From: Eledone cirrhosa
Taxonomy: Eukaryota
Direction of reading: 5' to 3'
NCBI GenBank assembly: GCA_964016885.1
Contig: OZ024741.1
Coordinates: 228,780,001-228,844,000 of the forward strand
DNA length: 64,000 nt
Of the stretch, positions 12,278 to 27,402 are shown one piece after another. The notes under the pieces are model-generated. The model was given only the letters and a program-made list of their open reading frames with translations, had not been told where the DNA came from and made no database searches. Position 1 is the stretch's first letter, and every line of letters starts with the position of its first letter. Both the position numbers and the translations under genes were made by a program.

Positions 12278-13848
12278 ATGATATTAAATAAATGGAAACT
12301 ATATTTATAAATCCATATTTATTTTATTATATATATTTCATGGGCAACCAAGCCCATCTTGGTGCGCTTTCACCAGATAAAATACAAAGTTTGTTTTATA
12401 AATAAAGACGTACCCATGAAAATCATACCTTATCGGTCGGGAATTCACTGGATAGTTGAAACATATTAGGGAATATTCAAAGTTATGTATGAATATGCAA
12501 ATGAGAGTGTAAATAATTGAAAAAACGACAGTTTATTTAAATGACAAGAGACAGAAAAAATATTAATATTTATGAGATAGAAAGAGAGATGAAATCTACA
12601 AGAGGATGAATAGAATTCATGTAACGTAAATATGTTTTAAGTTTATATCTACTAATGGTACGTATTTTTACTATTATTATGTTGTTAGAATTCATTTCTA
12701 ATATAATATAATATAATATTTTCTATTATAAGTAGATAGAAAAAATATCTATATATAGAAAAATAAATATATATAAAAAATATGTTGAAAAATAAATTGA
12801 AAACTAAATAGATAGAAAAATAGATATATAGAAGAATCAATAGATAGAAAAATAGATAGATAGAAAAATAAATATATGAATGGATAGATGGGTATATCTT
12901 GTTATATATAATTGTTTTAATGAGTTATGAGGGATATTGGCTTATGTTTATAGTAAGTAATTAAGTTAACTGAGTTAATAGGAATATTTATATATTTTAA
13001 ATGTTTTAAATTGGAAAGATACGGAAAAAACACCAGTTTTGTTTGTTTATTAGTTAGTATGAGACCATTTTGTCAAAGATAAATGTTGAAAGATATATTT
13101 AGCCTGAATTAGTTATTGGTTATAAATCTAATAAAAGATATTAAAAAATTTGATTAAAAAATATTTAAAATTCTGGAAAATTTAAAAAAATGATTTTCAG
13201 GAAATACTTTTAAAAAATACTTAAAAAACATAAAAAAAACATTAAAAAAAATCTTTAAAATATACTTAAAAAGTACTTTTAAAATATTTTTAAAAATCTT
13301 TAATAAACATTTAAAAAATATTTTTAAAATCCTTAAAAAAATCTTTAAAAAAATTTTCTAAAATTAAAAAAAAGTTTTTTTTAAAAACCTTATAAATTAT
13401 TAAAAATATTTTATACGAGATAAGTAGATTTTTTAAACAATAAGTAATTTTTTAGAAAATAAGTAATTTTTTTAAAATAAGTAATTTTTAAATATATGAA
13501 ATATTTTAGAAGTAAAAAATAATAAATAATGAAAAAAAAAAGATTTAAGAATTAAAAAATAAAAAATAAAAAATAAACAATTAAAAAACCTTTAAAAATA
13601 TTAAAATTAAAGTTAAAACATAAACATTTTAGGATCATATATGTATATAATTTAAGAAATTTTAATAAGTGAAGTTATAAGAAGTGAAAATATAGCAAAC
13701 AATATATGGAAATAAGTAGATGTATTATAAGTGTAATTATTATTTATATATAGTTCAAAATGTTGACTACAACTTCTACATATATATATATACACCACCC
13801 CACTCTCAAGAGCGTGAAACTAATAAACCTTTGTTCGTATTACCTCTC

Positions 13849-13850
<2 letters not shown>
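12275..13850 (-). mobile_element. Family A pLTR with AT-rich upstream 3' region
   Basis: Homologous to 1230-1360; extremely AT-rich, no ORF; distal boundary uncertain. Confidence 0.55.
12320..12384 (-). ncRNA. Type I hammerhead (family A), A6G core variant
   Basis: Reverse complement TATTTTAT-CTGGTGA-aagcgcACCAAG...CTTGGT...-GAAA-TATATATA-ATAAAATA. Confidence 0.65.
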
Positions 13851-13904
<54 letters not shown>

Positions 13905-14615
13905 ATATACATATACATATTTCTATATATAATATATGTATATTATATATATATATATATTTATGAATATACATTTTTATACGTTTTTAGATATATGCAT
14001 ATATAAGCATATATATATATATAATATATGTTTTTAAATAATTATATACATATATATATATATATATAATATATATATACGTATATAATATATATATGTA
14101 TATATGTATATATTATATTTATATGTGTGCATATATATATCTAATATATATAGGTATATAATATATATATGTATATATATATATATATATTATATTTATA
14201 TATGTGTATATATATATCATATATATTATATATATATATTTGTGTGTGTATGTGTGTGTGTGTTAGTAAATGAGGAAGATCCTGGATATATTAAAAAAAT
14301 AAAACAGTAGGATGACTTCACTAGTGATAGGTTTTGTTCTAATAATCCTGTAATGACAAATCTATCTTTATATAAAACATTGGATTATTAAAATATGCCA
14401 ACCACTAATGAAATAATCTTTGTCTTTTATCAAACATATATACAGAGATAGACGGATAGATAGATAGATAGATGCATAAACATATGCATGTATACATACA
14501 TACAAACATATGTACATACATGCATACACACACGCAAAAGCGTACAGACAAACACACACACATATACGCACTCACACATCTATCATATATATATATATAT
14601 ATATATATAAAAATT

Positions 14616-14660
<45 letters not shown>

Positions 14661-14663
<3 letters not shown>

Positions 14664-14849
14664 CGAAGGAAATGTGGTAAGGAACCAGGTGGACTATAAC
14701 GCACCAAAGTACTCAATACTTAGGGTAGTAGCGTGGGTAATAGGAACGAGTAGGACCCCGACGGCTGAGCTCAAGCCGTTTCGACGGCTAATTCTGGACG
14801 CATTAGCCGTTGAAACTGCTTGAGCTCAGCCGTCGGGGTCCTACTCGTT

Positions 14850-14853
<4 letters not shown>
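14661..14853. mobile_element. Family B pLTR fold-back (hammerhead 3' half)
   Basis: ATAGGAACGAGTAGGACCCCGACGGCTGAGCTCAAGC followed by its reverse complement; GAAACGGCT-tgagctc-AGCCGT-C helix III; flanked by (TA)n. Confidence 0.8.
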
Positions 14854-14915
<62 letters not shown>

Positions 14916-14972
14916 CATATTTTTCTATATCCAGATATTTTTGCGAATAGAAAAATAATTGGTATCGATATG

Positions 14973-15015
<43 letters not shown>

Positions 15016-15554
15016 GTAGACAAACAGACAGGCAGACGGACGGATAGATAGATAGGTTAGTAGGTAGATATCTTTCTTTATTTGCCACAGGGGCGTACAA
15101 AAATGGGACATTACAAGACGTAGCGGCGGGGATTTTACATAAAAATAACTTTAACATTAATAGATTTCAATAAAATATATATAATAAAATAACAATTGAA
15201 ATCCCCAGTAGGGGGGAACGTTACTGCAGGGTTGTTTTACACCTCGTGGATAGAACAACCCTCAACACCAGGAACACGTTCTGTAGGTGTTCCTGTCTTC
15301 CCTCTGTTTATCTTCCTCAACCTACGGGTTTATATACAGAGAAGGCCCATTCACTCGAGCCATTTTCGCCACATTCACCCACCTTTCAGCGAATTTACTG
15401 GCTGTAGAGGTAAATAGGTAGACAATTAGATACATGAATATGTAGATATTCATTTATTGCACATCTTAAATATTATCTCATATTATACAGTATAGCAATC
15501 TTGTTTTTGCAAATATACATATGGGTATATATATATATGCGAGCGCACACACAC

Positions 15555-15608
<54 letters not shown>

Positions 15609-15717
15609 ATATATGTATATGCATATATATAAATATATGTGTCTGTTTGTGTACAATAATATAACCCACGTGTGCATATATATATATGTGTATACGTATG
15701 TAAATATATATATATAT

Positions 15718-15996
15718 ATTAATAAAAGGAATTCCAACTTTGTCTGATTTACTCGTTTTATTTACAACCCTTTAAAATTATAATGATATTAGAATGAAAT
15801 AGTATGGTAGAATATTAAATGTTAAGTGTTAATTGAACAAGTACTTTCAGGCTTTCGTAATCTTCAGGTTCATATTCTGTGGTGACAGTCAAGTTTGCAA
15901 TTTTCAACTGTTGAAAATGTTCACAGTTAATTAAATTTTAAAGGATTGTAAATAAAACGAGTAAATCAGACAAAGTTGGAATTCCTTTTATTAATA
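15718..15996. mobile_element. Inverted-repeat element (62 bp arms) containing a minimal hammerhead
   Basis: Arms 15718-15779 and 15934-15996 are reverse complements. Confidence 0.8.
15834..15872 (-). ncRNA. Minimal type I hammerhead, helix II eroded
   Basis: Reverse complement TGAAC-CTGAAGA-ttacgaaagcct-GAAA-GTACTT-GTTCA; helix III AGTACT is palindromic. Confidence 0.65.
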
Positions 15997-16029
15997 TAAT
16001 CTTCTATACACAATTATACACACCCGTGT

Positions 16030-16260
<231 letters not shown>

Positions 16261-16800
16261 TTATTTATTTATTTATATGTATGCATCCATGTATATGTGT
16301 ATATAATGGCGTATGTTATTTTAGCATATATAAAATATACAACAATCCGGATAACATAATTATCTGCATCTGAAATCTTTCAGGTAGCTTCAATTCATTT
16401 TTTTTTAAAATCAGGTCTGATATGAGCTGTTCCTTCTGAGAAAATATTATTCCGACTGAAATTCAAAAGATATTTTGAAATTTGGAAGGAATAATTTTTT
16501 TTCTCCACAGCCCCTTCTGATTATCATTTAATTTATTATCATTTAATTTTTTTTTTAATTGCAGTGTTATTAAATTTCACATATATCGTTAATTCATGTT
16601 TATTTCATTTTATTTATTTATTTTTTCATTCGTATGCTTATTCAGAAATCATAGTACAGTACCCCAGATATTTACTGGTGTGAGGAAGGGAAACACATTA
16701 TCCTCAGACTACAGATATACCTGGTTTCAATATGTTGCAGCAGTTTAAACTCCGATTAAGGTATTAAGGTAACTATTACCAGGAGGTAGTGTTAAGCAAG

Positions 16801-18459
<1,659 letters not shown>

Positions 18460-18587
18460 ATCTACATCGATCGCTCTCGAGTGCGGTCGACGTAGATACA
18501 AGTCGCCAAAATACCGGCCGCCCTCTTGTCTCTGATTTATAGGACCAAAGATTTTTATCTGATATATTCCTTCGTTATATTTTGAAT

Positions 18588-18643
18588 TACCTGATGATGT
18601 CACCGGATACATACTGAACCCGGTCATTGAAATGATCATAGTA
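18588..18643 (+). ncRNA. Type I hammerhead (family E) in pLTR fragment 18460-18700
   Basis: TAC-CTGATGA-tgtcACCGG...CCGGTcatt-GAAA-TGATCATA-GTA; palindromic ATGATCAT. Confidence 0.75.
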
Positions 18644-18939
18644 AAATAAACCTTTCAAGGATTTACACCAGAACATGCCTCATGTTATTTTGTAATATAT
18701 ATATATATATATGCACATTCATAAAGACATACATATACACATATATATATATATATATATATGCACACGTGAGTTATATTATTGTACACAGACACATGTC
18801 ACTCACAGACACACACACATATATTTATATATATGTATATACATATATACACACACACACATATATATATATGTATATCTATATATATATATACATATAT
18901 ACATGTGTGTGTGCGTGCGTATATATATAATATATACCC

Positions 18940-18973
<34 letters not shown>

Positions 18974-18980
18974 GTAAATC

Positions 18981-19040
<60 letters not shown>

Positions 19041-19063
19041 TACATATATATATACATATATAT

Positions 19064-19159
<96 letters not shown>

Positions 19160-19180
19160 ATATATATGTATATATATATT

Positions 19181-19215
<35 letters not shown>

Positions 19216-19220
19216 ATATA

Positions 19221-19438
19221 GTGAAGGCGTGTGGCTGAGTGGTTAGAGAATTGGATTCGCAATCGTAAGGTTGTGAGTTCGATTCCTGGACCAGGCGATA
19301 CGTTATGTCCTTGAGCAAGACACTTTATTTCACGTTGCTCCTTCTACCTGGAGTTGCGACCGATAGATAGTATTAGCAATTGGAAAGACCAACGGAAACA
19401 TTGTTCCCTCGGTCCGATTGGACGAAAGTCGATCGTTC

Positions 19439-19440
<2 letters not shown>
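19221..19440 (+). mobile_element. SINE family 2, full length
   Basis: Near-identical to 10495-10712 and 52739-52958; inside (TA)n. Confidence 0.88.
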
Positions 19441-19477
<37 letters not shown>

Positions 19478-19599
19478 TATTTACATCTATTATATATATA
19501 TCAGCTTGATCACTGTTGGGCGCCAATCGGCGCCGCTGGTCACAGCACGTCGTGCTGTTTTAGCCATAAGATAACGCCATCCCACTGGCGGGCAGGCCG

Positions 19600-19632
<33 letters not shown>

Positions 19633-19895
19633 CATTTACATATATATATATATATATATAGGAAAAAGTATGGCAGAGAGAGAGAGCGAGAAGGAGAAAT
19701 GAGAGTGTGGGGAAGAGAGAGAGAGAGAGAATTAGATTGATAGATAGATGGTTTGATAGATTGACTGTAGCTATTGTAGGACTCGTTACATTTTCTTCAA
19801 TGAAGAATTCCTCCCACCTTGTAATTGTGGTTCTTTGCCATTTTAACCGAACATTTTTAACGGTGTGTTTGTGTGTATTTATGAGAGCCCATTAC

Positions 19896-20300
19896 TTAAA
19901 CAAAATCTAATAAGGCCTCTCCATTCATATTTAGATCGGAACCGCCGTTCCTTCCAATCACTCTTTTCCATGTCAGGTGGTCAGTACCAACATGTACATT
20001 GAAATATCCCATTAGGATATATGACGCAGTTTTAACTACATTTAACGCTGCAGGGACTTCATCAAGGAAGGATCTATATTCGGAGGCTCTTTTAGCTGCA
20101 TAAACTTGCTTCAAGAGGCAAATCTTTCCTCCCAGTTGAATCCAGTTCATAACTCATTCTGACAGCCGGGAGTTTGTGAATATCCCCAATCCCGCCTGTG
20201 CAGTCTTTGCATATCTAACCAGTGGAGTCAGGCCTCTTCCACTCATTCCTCCTCCTTGACTGTTAGAGTTGTAACGTTCCAGTTACTAATTGTCAGAATT
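19896..20300 (-). pseudogene. RTE-like LINE AP-endonuclease fragment
   Basis: QVYAA...ILMGYFNVHVG...WKRVIGRNGGSDLNMNGEALLDF resembles the GDFNAxVG...NxNG.LL motif. Confidence 0.8.
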
Positions 20301-20361
20301 TTCTCCCTTCCGAACCTTCTCTGGGGTGTCGGAATAGGTAACCTTTGTGCTTCCATCCCAC

Positions 20362-20492
20362 GCCTCCCCGGTAAAGCCTATTTTAAGTGTCTGGCAAAGA
20401 GATGTAGAGGTATTGTTAAGTCCAAGCTAGCTGACGAATAGTGTGGTTTTCACTCCAGACGCAGCACAGACGACCAAATATTCACACTGCTT
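20362..20492 (+). pseudogene. RTE-like reverse transcriptase fragment, inverted relative to the endonuclease piece
   Basis: LPGKAYFKCLAKR...LADE*CGFHSRRSTDDQIFTL resembles the RT motif QxGFRxxRSTxDQIFTL. Confidence 0.8.
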
Positions 20493-20529
20493 GTTGCTCA
20501 TTTTCTTTAATATATATATAATTTTTCAT

Positions 20530-21597
20530 TTCTTGTGGTAGAGGCGCGTTCCACTGGTCAGGCGTTCCTTCTGTTTCCAGCGCCCTTTTCATGGAGAACT
20601 AGAAGTGTCGTGGTGGTTGAGGCGCAGAAATGCATTGAGGTTGCAGTGAACTGGCATAATCGCACCTTGCCAAAAGCATCTTTGATTGAACTGCAATCCT
20701 GGGTCAAGTGAAGCCCGAGAATGAGTACCTGGAATCTCGAACGTCATCTGGCATCCACAACTCTCCACCATTTGAGCACCGCAGTGGAGGGAAATTACAC
20801 GTTAGCGTAGTATTTTCTGATAGTTATGAGCAAGAGCAACGAAATCCTCGGAGAAAATCGACCCCCGTGGAGTAAGGATAATTTTCAGAAATCCCATTAC
20901 TACCGAAGTTGGGTCGGGGCAGACTTCGAGCCAAACTCGCAAGTGTTTTAAGACTATCCTGTCCGAGATGAGCGCAGAGCCTATGAAACCGTTCTGGATG
21001 CATTGGTTCAGTTTCCACTCATTGATGACTTGTAGGGTTTTGTTGAACAGCTGTTGTCGCATGTAGGATGGAAACAGCTATCGACCGACTCCATGGTGAA
21101 GATTGCCCCGCTGCCTTCTTTTGCTCTAGAAGAGCAGGCAATTTCCTCTGCCTGATGGGTGTGGCGAAAGATGTTTTGTAATGGACGAGCCTGAGAGGTC
21201 TGAAGACTGACATTCATATTCTACTAAACCCTTATCGACCTTTCAAGTTCCACTCGGAAAGGAAGGCAGGAGTACTGCCTCCTGATCTTGTATATTTGTT
21301 AACAGGTGCGTGACGTAGCGAGAATGGCCCGAGTAAATAGGCCTACTCTAGACATAAACCTGTAGCCTGGAAGGAATATATGAGAGAGGAGCACTCGCTT
21401 GTGGTGCCCTTAGTGAACGTGATAATCTGAGATCTGTGGGGTTTCTAAATTATGTCTAAGTGGTGCTCTCCACTATTGAAGAATATGTTGTTATTAATTT
21501 AATATCACTTTATTACATGTTCTTTCTCTTTATCCCTTTTTATGTAGATCCTCACTGCCCTTAATGTTCTCGACCCCAGTGGCAAATAAAGAAATCC
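20530..21597 (+). mobile_element. Decayed L1/Tx1-like LINE 3' fragment
   Basis: + strand near 20958 CPR*AQS..ETVLDALVQ (CxxC...ETxxH zinc-knuckle remnant); ends GTGGCAAATAAAGAAA, similar to 60660. Confidence 0.55.
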
Positions 21598-21690
21598 TCA
21601 TTATTATTATTATCATCATTACCAGTAACGCACTGGGTAATTGCTGGCTTTGTTCCTAACGTAGAAACAATTATTATTATCATCATTATT

Positions 21691-21885
21691 GGTGGATTGG
21701 CAGTATCGGTAGAAAGTCGGACGCTATGCTTTGAAGCATAGACTTATGGCCCTTTATGGTCTGAGTTCAAATCCGGCCGAGGTTAACTTTGCTTTTCATC
21801 CATACGGGGGTCGATAAAATAAAGTACCAGTAATACACTGGGGTCGATTTAATCGACTTTCCCCTCTCCCAAAATAGCTGGCCAT
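21691..21885 (+). mobile_element. SINE family 1
   Basis: A and B boxes, family body. Confidence 0.85.
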
Positions 21886-21924
21886 TTTTATTATTATTAT
21901 CATCATCATCATCATCATCATTCG

Positions 21925-22200
21925 TAACGTCTACTCTGGCAGATGTTATACCAACATTATACCAAAAAAGCGGACCATAGCCAATGGCCAGATGTCCTTT
22001 GGGTCATTCCTTCTCCTTCAACTTTCCCAAAACCCTCCTTAGAATTCTTGCTGTTTCCAGCAAGGCTGTTTTCTGCAACAATCCCGTCCTGATGGTAATT
22101 TCTAGCTTCTCAAACCATGCATCTAACCTTTTAGTAACTGCTCCCAGTGCGCTAACCACTATCGGTAGCACTTCTACGTGTCTGATTCTCCATAGTTTCA
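21925..22200 (-). mobile_element. 3' end of an R4/Dong-like LINE
   Basis: KLWRIRHVEVLPIVVSALGAV...LQKTALLETARILRRVL plus 3' UTR matching 45990-46270. Confidence 0.85.
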
Positions 22201-22429
22201 CATTGGCAGTATCTGTAGAGCGACATACACCAGGCTTTGTAGCATAGAGTTATGGTCCTTTACGTTCTGAGTTCAAATCCCACCGAGGTTAGCTTTGCCT
22301 TTCATCCTTACAGGGTCAATAAGATAATGCACTAGTAATGAATGCACTGAAGCCGACGTGAAATTTTCGAGATCCAACATCTAACCAGAATTATTCGCCC
22401 CTTTTCGTTGTTTAATGTTGTTTATAATG

Positions 22430-22900
22430 GTAAGTATGATGATGATGATGATGGTGGTGGAGGTGGTGGCAGCGGTGGTGGTGTTGGTGGTGGTGGTGGT
22501 GGTGATCATTATGATCCTTACGGGGGGGGGTCGATAAAATAAAGTACCAGTAATACACTGGGATAATTGCTGGCCTTGTGCCGCCAAAAGTAGAAACAAT
22601 TATGATGCTAGTGGTAGTGGTGATGATGTTGACGGCGGTAATAACAGTAGTGATGATGATGGTGGTGATGAGGGCGGTGACGGTAGGAGTGGTAATGATG
22701 AAGATGATGATGATGATCATGATCATGATCATGATGATCATGATCATGATGAAGACGATGATGGTGGTGGTGGTGGTGGTGGTGATTGTGATTCACTATG
22801 ATGAAGATGATGGTGATGATGATGATAACGACGGTGATGATGACAATGAATATGATGGGGATAATGATGATGATGGTGATGATGATAATGTTATTGCTGT
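22430..22900. repeat. (GAT/GGT)n degenerate triplet repeat with a SINE tail at 22525-22602
   Basis: Direct inspection. Confidence 0.9.
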
Positions 22901-23059
22901 TGGCATTCTAAGTCTAATCTAATCCCATAAAAGCCAGCCTCTCCGTAAATCCTCATTCATTGGAGTCTTTTGTGGGCGTGGCAATAGGAGGAGCAGACAG
23001 ACAGGAAGGAAGGCGAGTGGGCGGGCTGAGAGGCAGACGAACTGAGGAATGGATGGGTG

Positions 23060-24990
23060 ATACTGGTGGTGGTGTTGTTAGTGGTGGTGGTGGAGACGGG
23101 ACAAGTGACGGCGGTGGCGACGGTGGTAATGGTAGTGGTGGTGGTGGTGGTGGTGGTGGTGGTGGTGGTGTTAGTGGTGGTGGTGGTGGTGTTAGTGGTG
23201 GTGGAGACGGGACAAGTGACGGCGGTGGCGACAGAGGTAATGGTAGTGGTGGTGGTGGTGGTGGTGGTGGTGGTGGTGGTGGTGGTGTTAGTGGTGGTGG
23301 AGACGGGACAAGTGACGGCGGTGGCGGCGGCGGAGGTAATGGTGGTGGTGGTGGTGGTGGTGGTGTTAGAGGTGGTGTTAGTGGTGGTGGAGACGGGACA
23401 AGTGACGGCGGTGGCGACGGAGGTAATGGTGGTGGTGGTGGTGGTGGTGGTGGTGGTGTTAGAGGTGGTGGAGACGGGACAAGTGACGGCGGTGGCGGCG
23501 GCGGAGGTAATGGTAGTGGTGGTAGTGGTGGTGGTGGTGTTAGAGGTGGTGTTAGGGGTGGTGGAGGCCGGACAAGTGACGGCGGTGGCGACGGAGGTAA
23601 TGGTAGTGGTGGTGGTGGTGGTGGTGGTGGTGGTGGTGGTGGTGGTGTTAGGGGTGGTGGAGGCCGGACAAGTGACGGCGGCGGTGGCGGCGGAGGTAAT
23701 GGTAGTGGTGGTGGTGGTGGTGGTGGTGGTGGTGGTGGTGGTGGTGTTGTTAGTGGTGGTGGTGGAGACGGGACAAGTGACGGCGGTGGCGACAGAGGTA
23801 ATGGTAGTGGTGGTGGTGGTGGTGGTGGTGGTGGTGGTGGTGGTGGTGGTGGTGTTAGTGGTGGTGGAGACGGGACAAGTGACGGCGGTGGCGGCGGCGG
23901 AGGTAATGGTGGTGGTGGTGGTGGTGGTGGTGTTAGAGGTGGTGTTAGTGGTGGTGGAGACGGGACAAGTGACGGCGGTGGCGACGGAGGTAATGGTGGT
24001 GGTGGTGGTGGTGGTGGTGGTGGTGGTGTTAGAGGTGGTGGAGACGGGACAAGTGACGGCGGTGGCGGCGGCGGAGGTAATGGTAGTGGTGGTAGTGGTG
24101 GTGGTGGTGTTAGAGGTGGTGTTAGGGGTGGTGGAGGCCGGACAAGTGACGGCGGTGGCGACGGAGGTAATGGTAGTGGTGGTGGTGGTGGTGGTGGTGG
24201 TGGTGGTGGTGGTGGTGTTAGGGGTGGTGGAGGCCGGACAAGTGACGGCGGCGGTGGCGGCGGAGGTAATGGTAGTGGTGGTGGTGGTGGTGGTGGTGTT
24301 AGAGGTGGTGAAGGCCGGACAAGTGACGGCGGCGGTGGCGGCGGAGGTAATGGTAGTGGTGGTGGTAGTGGTGGTGGTGGTGGTGTTAGAGGTGGTGGAG
24401 GCCGGACAAGTGACGGCGGCGGTGGCGGCGGAGGTAATGGTAGTGGTGGTGGTGGTGGTGTTAGAGGTGGTGGAGGCCGGACAAGTGACGGCGGTGGCGG
24501 CGGCGGAGGTAATGGTGGTGGTGGTGGTGGTGGTGGTGGTGGTGTTAGAGGTGGTGTTAGGGGTGGTGAAGGCCGGACAAGTGACGGCGGCGGTGGCGGC
24601 GGAGGTAATGGTAGTGGTGGTGGTGGTGGTAGTGGTGTTAGAGGTGGTGGAGGCCGGACAAGTGACAGCGGTGGCGGCGGAGGTAATGGTAGTGGTGGTG
24701 GTGGTGGTGGTGGTGGTGGTGGTGGTGGTGGTGTTAGAGGTGGTGGAGACGGGACAAGTGACGGCGGTGGCGACGGTGGTAATGGTAGTGGTGGTGGTGG
24801 TGGTGGTGGTGGTGGTGGTGGTGGTGGTGGTGGTGGTGGTGGTGGTGGTGGTGTTAGGGGTGGTGAAGGCCGGACAAGTGACGGCGGCGGTGGCGGCGGA
24901 GGTAATGGTAGTGGTGGTGGTGGTGGTGGTGGTGGTGGTGGTGGTGGTGGTGGTGGTGTTAGTGGTGGTGGAGGTGGCGGCGGCATTGAT
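23060..24990. repeat. (GGT)n-based minisatellite, ~20 units, with a 561 bp higher-order duplication
   Basis: Unit core GGACAAGTGACGGCGG...GGTAATGGT(GGT)nGTTAG; variant GACAGAGGT at 23230 and 23791. Confidence 0.95.
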
Positions 24991-25173
24991 GATAATGATG
25001 GTTGTGGTAGTTGTAATGGTGATGATGCTAGTAGTAATGGTAGTAACAGCCTCAGCAACAGCAGCAGTGTTGATCTGTCAGTTGGTGAGATCAACATAGT
25101 TCAATGTATATTTTTACATCGAAAACAGTCAAAATAAGAATCTGCTTAACGTCCACACATATACCTACCCCCA

Positions 25174-25224
<51 letters not shown>

Positions 25225-25352
25225 CTCTCTCGCTCTCTCTCTCTCGCTCTCTCTCTATCTATCTATCTATCTCTATATCTCTCACTTTCTCTTTTCGGTC
25301 TCCCCTTCCCCCCCCCTCTCTCTCTCGCACATTCTCTTTTTTCTCCTCCCCT

Positions 25353-25399
<47 letters not shown>

Positions 25400-25639
25400 C
25401 TCACTCACTTTCTCTTTTCTCTCTCCCCTTCTCTCTCTCTCTCTCTCACTTACTCTCTCTTACATTCTCTTTGACATGCATTCTTTCTTAATTTCTTTTC
25501 ATATACATCCTGCACATATGTACACAAACACATATATACGTTCGAATATACACATACAACATACATAACACTCAGATACACAATACACTTATATACAACA
25601 CACATATAGATATAAGCGCTCATATATATCTACACATAT

Positions 25640-25822
25640 AATTGTTTCTACTTTAGGCACAAGGCCAGCAATTACCCAGTGCATTACTGGTACTTTATTT
25701 TATCGACCCCGTAAGGATGAAAGGCAAAGTCAACCTCGGCGGGATTTGAACTCAGATCGTAAAGGGACGTAACTACGCTGGAAAGCATGGTGTCCGACCC
25801 TCCACCGATACTGCCAATCCAA
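25640..25822 (-). mobile_element. SINE family 1
   Basis: Near-identical to 46303-46483 and 35717-35896. Confidence 0.9.
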
Positions 25823-25979
25823 TGCTCTCATATAGTATTTAGTTACTTGTTGCTTAGTCGCAGATCAACAATTATTGAGAAAGCATATTATCAAAGTTGT
25901 TCCAACCATGACCATTCCGTCTTTTTAAGGATAGGAGTAAGAGTGCCATATCCCATATAGGGCCTGGGAACATGGTTAA

Positions 25980-26130
25980 ACTACATTGCTTGAAAACGTA
26001 TTGGCCGAAAACACATTGGTCGAAAACACTTTGGTTGAAAATACTTTGGTCAAAAGCACTTTGGTCGAAAATTAATTTTAGTAAAGCATATTCGTAGGAA
26101 AGCACACTCAGAAAATCAAATTGGTCGAAA
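25980..26130. repeat. Degenerate 15-bp tandem repeat
   Basis: ACACTTTGGTCGAAA-like unit repeated about 6-8 times; possibly DNA-transposon subterminal repeats. Confidence 0.7.
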
Positions 26131-26223
26131 GACAATGTATATTTAAACATTTTAGACAGGAAAAAAGGCTGAATATTCGTCGAGATTTTGATATTTTTCA
26201 GAGAAATAGATGAAAAACTTATA

Positions 26224-26395
26224 CAGTAAAATTCTGTTATAACGAAATTCACGGGTATAAAAAATTCATTGTAACGAAAATTCTTTATAACGAGATTGAC
26301 CTAACACATTGAGCGTGTGGATGGGGATTGAAAAATAATTTCGTTATACTGAAAAATTCGTTATAATGGTATTCGTTATCACGGAATTTTACCTG
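26224..26395. mobile_element. Tc1/mariner(pogo)-type MITE
   Basis: TA-CAGTAAAATTCTGTTATAACGAA ... TTCGTTATCACGGAATTTTACCTG-TA; TIRs, TA TSD, internal TTCGTTATA repeats. Confidence 0.8.
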
Positions 26396-26404
26396 TATAT
26401 AATA

Positions 26405-27268
26405 ATAATTCTTCCTCGCAGTGGCACAAAGAAAGCAATTTGAGGGAAGAGAAAAGTTGATTATATCGCCCTGGTGGCAAATAAATAGAAAATTATATCG
26501 ACCTCGGTACTTAATTGGTACATTATTTTATCGACCCCAAAAGGATGAAAGACAGAGCTGACCACTGTAGGTTTTGAACTTGTAACATAAAGAGACGTAA
26601 GTTTAATACTGTAAAGCACTTCAACGATTCTGCCAACCCTCTGTCGTGTTATAAATAATTGTTTCTATTTTTGACACAAGCCCAGTAATTTGAGGGAATA
26701 GCGGAAATTGATTATATTGACCTCAATACTTGAGTGGTACTCTGTTTTTTTCGATCCTAGAAGGATGAAAGTCAAAGTTGACATGAGTTTCATTTGAGCT
26801 CAGACCGCAGTGAGCCAGAATAAATACTGAAGGCTATTTTAATCCGGCTCTCTAACGACAGTGACAAGTCGCCATATTCGCCATGTTATAAATAATTCTT
26901 TCTACATTGGGCACAAGGCTACCAATTTGAAGAGAGGGGGGGGGAGAAGTCGATTAAATCAATCACTGTGCATTACTGGTACTTTATTTCATCGACCACG
27001 TAAGGATGAAAGTTAACCTCGGCAGGATTTGAACTCAGAACGTAAGGGGCCATAACTCTATGCTTCAAAGCATGGTATCCGGCACTCTACCAATTCTGCC
27101 AATCCACTGCCCTCCATGTTATAAATAATGATTTCTAGTATAGGGACAAGGCCAGTAATTTGGAGGGAGGGGAAAGTCGATTAAATCGACCTCAGGGCGT
27201 GATTGGTACTTTATTTTATCGATCCCGTAAGGATGAAAGGCAAAGTTAACCTCGGCGGGATTTGAAGT
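26405..27268 (-). mobile_element. Stack of four diverged SINE family 1 copies
   Basis: Units at about 26405-26640, 26659-26875, 26896-27110 and 27129-27266, each followed by GTTATAAATAAT. Confidence 0.85.
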
Positions 27269-27354
27269 TATAAATAATAACAATGTTTGTTAAATATTTG
27301 AATCAACTATGATAATATATACATATACATATATACATATACATATATACATAT

Positions 27355-27399
<45 letters not shown>

Positions 27400-27402
<3 letters not shown>

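Noticed and set aside
22412-22922. His-rich, Asp-rich and hydrophobic ORFs
   Set aside because: Arise from (GAT/CAT/GGT)n triplet repeats and span a SINE fragment
26395-27280. CRISPR-like repeat-spacer array
   Set aside because: Repeat is only ~12 bp, spacers are ~200 bp homologous SINEs, context is eukaryotic, and no cas genes are present
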